The position numbers were made by a program, and so were the translations under genes. From assembly GCA_965209155.1 (NCBI GenBank), contig OZ242383.1, positions 1,472,001-1,536,000 on the forward strand: a stretch of DNA of 64,000 nt, given 5' to 3'. This document shows, one piece after another, positions 62,935 through 64,000 of this stretch (within the stretch, counting starts at the first letter, position 1; each line of letters begins with the position of its first letter). The DNA comes from a bacterium (GTDB taxonomy: Bacteria > SAR324 > NAC60-12). Under the pieces are notes generated by a model. It saw only the letters and a list, made by a program, of their open reading frames with translations. It had not been told where the DNA came from and did not search any database.

Positions 62935-64000
62935 ATGTCCCTGGTTCATCGACCCGTAAAAAAAATTTACTTCATAGGTATTTGTGGAACGGCCATGGCA
63001 TCCCTGGCCGTCCTGCTCAAAAAACGGGGTTATCGAGTGAAGGGTTCCGATCAAAATATTTATCCCCCGATGAGCACTTTCCTGCAGCAGCATGACGTTC
63101 CCATTCTCGATGGGTTCCAGGAAGCCCATTTGCAAGATTCACAGGATTTGGTAGTCATCGGCAATACGCTGTCCCGGGGGAATCCGGAAGTGGAAAAAGT
63201 ACTCGAATCCGGGACGCTTTACGTTTCGATGCCAGAATTGCTGCGGGAATTTTTTATACGGGGTAAGACCTCCCTGGTAGTGACCGGCACACACGGAAAA
63301 ACGACCACTGCCTCGTTGTTGACCTGGATTTTTGAATGCGCAGGAAGAAATCCGGGATTTTTCATAGGAGGGATTCCCGAGAATTTCGGCACCAGTTGCC
63401 GGGAAGCCAAAGGGGAGTTTTTTATTACCGAAGGGGATGAATACGACACGGTTTTTTATGACAAACGCTCCAAATTTTTTCATTATCAACCCCATCAACT
63501 TCTGGTCAACAACATTGAATATGATCATGCGGATATATTCGCATCGTTAGAAGAAATTCTCCGGGCGTTCCGGCTTTTACTGAGACTGGTCCCCCGCAAC
63601 GGACTGGTTGTCGTCAATGGAGACGATGAGAATGCGATGGGAATAATGAACTCCCGGCACTCTCCCTGGATTTCTTTTGGTTTGGGTGAGAAGTGCCACG
63701 TCAAAGCAACCAATCTTCGAGCAACCTCCGGAGGCACAGCCTTTTCCCTGAAATGGCCTGGCCGTTGCGAAGGTGAACTTCATATTCCCTTATTTGGCGA
63801 ATTCAACGTGCGAAATGCCGTGGGTGCTTTGGTTCTGGCCCTGTACAATGGCATTGCATTGGAGGAGGTTCAAAAGGCTTTCAATCGATTCTCCAATGTC
63901 AGGCGTCGTCAGGAATTGCGAGGAATTCGCCGGGGAGTCTATGTCTACGATGATTTCGCGCACCATCCCACTGCCGTTCGAGAAACCCTGAAAGCGCTTC
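62935..64000 (+). CDS. mpl: Murein peptide ligase Mpl (MurC-like), runs off the window
   Basis: Not in the ORF track. Manual translation: IYFIGICGTAMASLA...GSDQNIYPPMST...VTGTHGKTTT...EGDEYDT.FYDKRSKF.HY...YDDFAHHPTA. Confidence 0.92.
   Translation, partial: MSLVHRPVKKIYFIGICGTAMASLAVLLKKRGYRVKGSDQNIYPPMSTFLQQHDVPILDGFQEAHLQDSQDLVVIGNTLSRGNPEVEKVLESGTLYVSMPELLREFFIRGKTSLVVTGTHGKTTTASLLTWIFECAGRNPGFFIGGIPENFGTSCREAKGEFFITEGDEYDTVFYDKRSKFFHYQPHQLLVNNIEYDHADIFASLEEILRAFRLLLRLVPRNGLVVVNGDDENAMGIMNSRHSPWISFGLGEKCHVKATNLRATSGGTAFSLKWPGRCEGELHIPLFGEFNVRNAVGALVLALYNGIALEEVQKAFNRFSNVRRRQELRGIRRGVYVYDDFAHHPTAVRETLKAL

Overview
Bacterial chromosomal window with a housekeeping backbone (monomeric icd, XerD-like recombinase, glutamate-cysteine ligase, cobO-cobB-cbiE, hemW, nrdJ, mnmE, mutY, tRNA-Asn, mpg, sulfur carrier plus cysteine synthase, radC, rlmE, kdsD, mpl) interrupted by two accessory regions. 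Region 1 (~8.4-18.2 kb) holds a 1220-aa RecQ-family helicase with an N-terminal DUF559/Vsr-like nuclease segment and a membrane-anchored partner, a PIN gene pair, and IS/umuDC/MTase remnants. Region 2 (~25.6-56.9 kb, downstream of tRNA-Asn) is a defence island: Fic protein, a decayed type I RM copy, a type II RM pair with a MerR-HTH-fused MTase, Hachiman (hamAB), an intact type I RM operon, an orphan UvrD helicase, a decayed TA pair and a complete Ssp-type phosphorothioation system (sspABCD+E). The most notable observations are: (i) sspA and sspBCD appear to share two overlapping sigma70-type promoters whose 17-bp spacers span the same T11 tract, a candidate phase-variation switch; (ii) at least six genes keep both ends but have lost their cores; (iii) a RadC with an N-terminal EndoIII-like FeS motif sits divergent from a cysteine synthase and a sulfur carrier ending in GG-M; (iv) two near-identical 1483-bp ISKra4-type elements with 9-bp target duplications; (v) MITEs carrying REP-like hairpins. 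All family assignments come from motif recognition by eye; no database searches were run.
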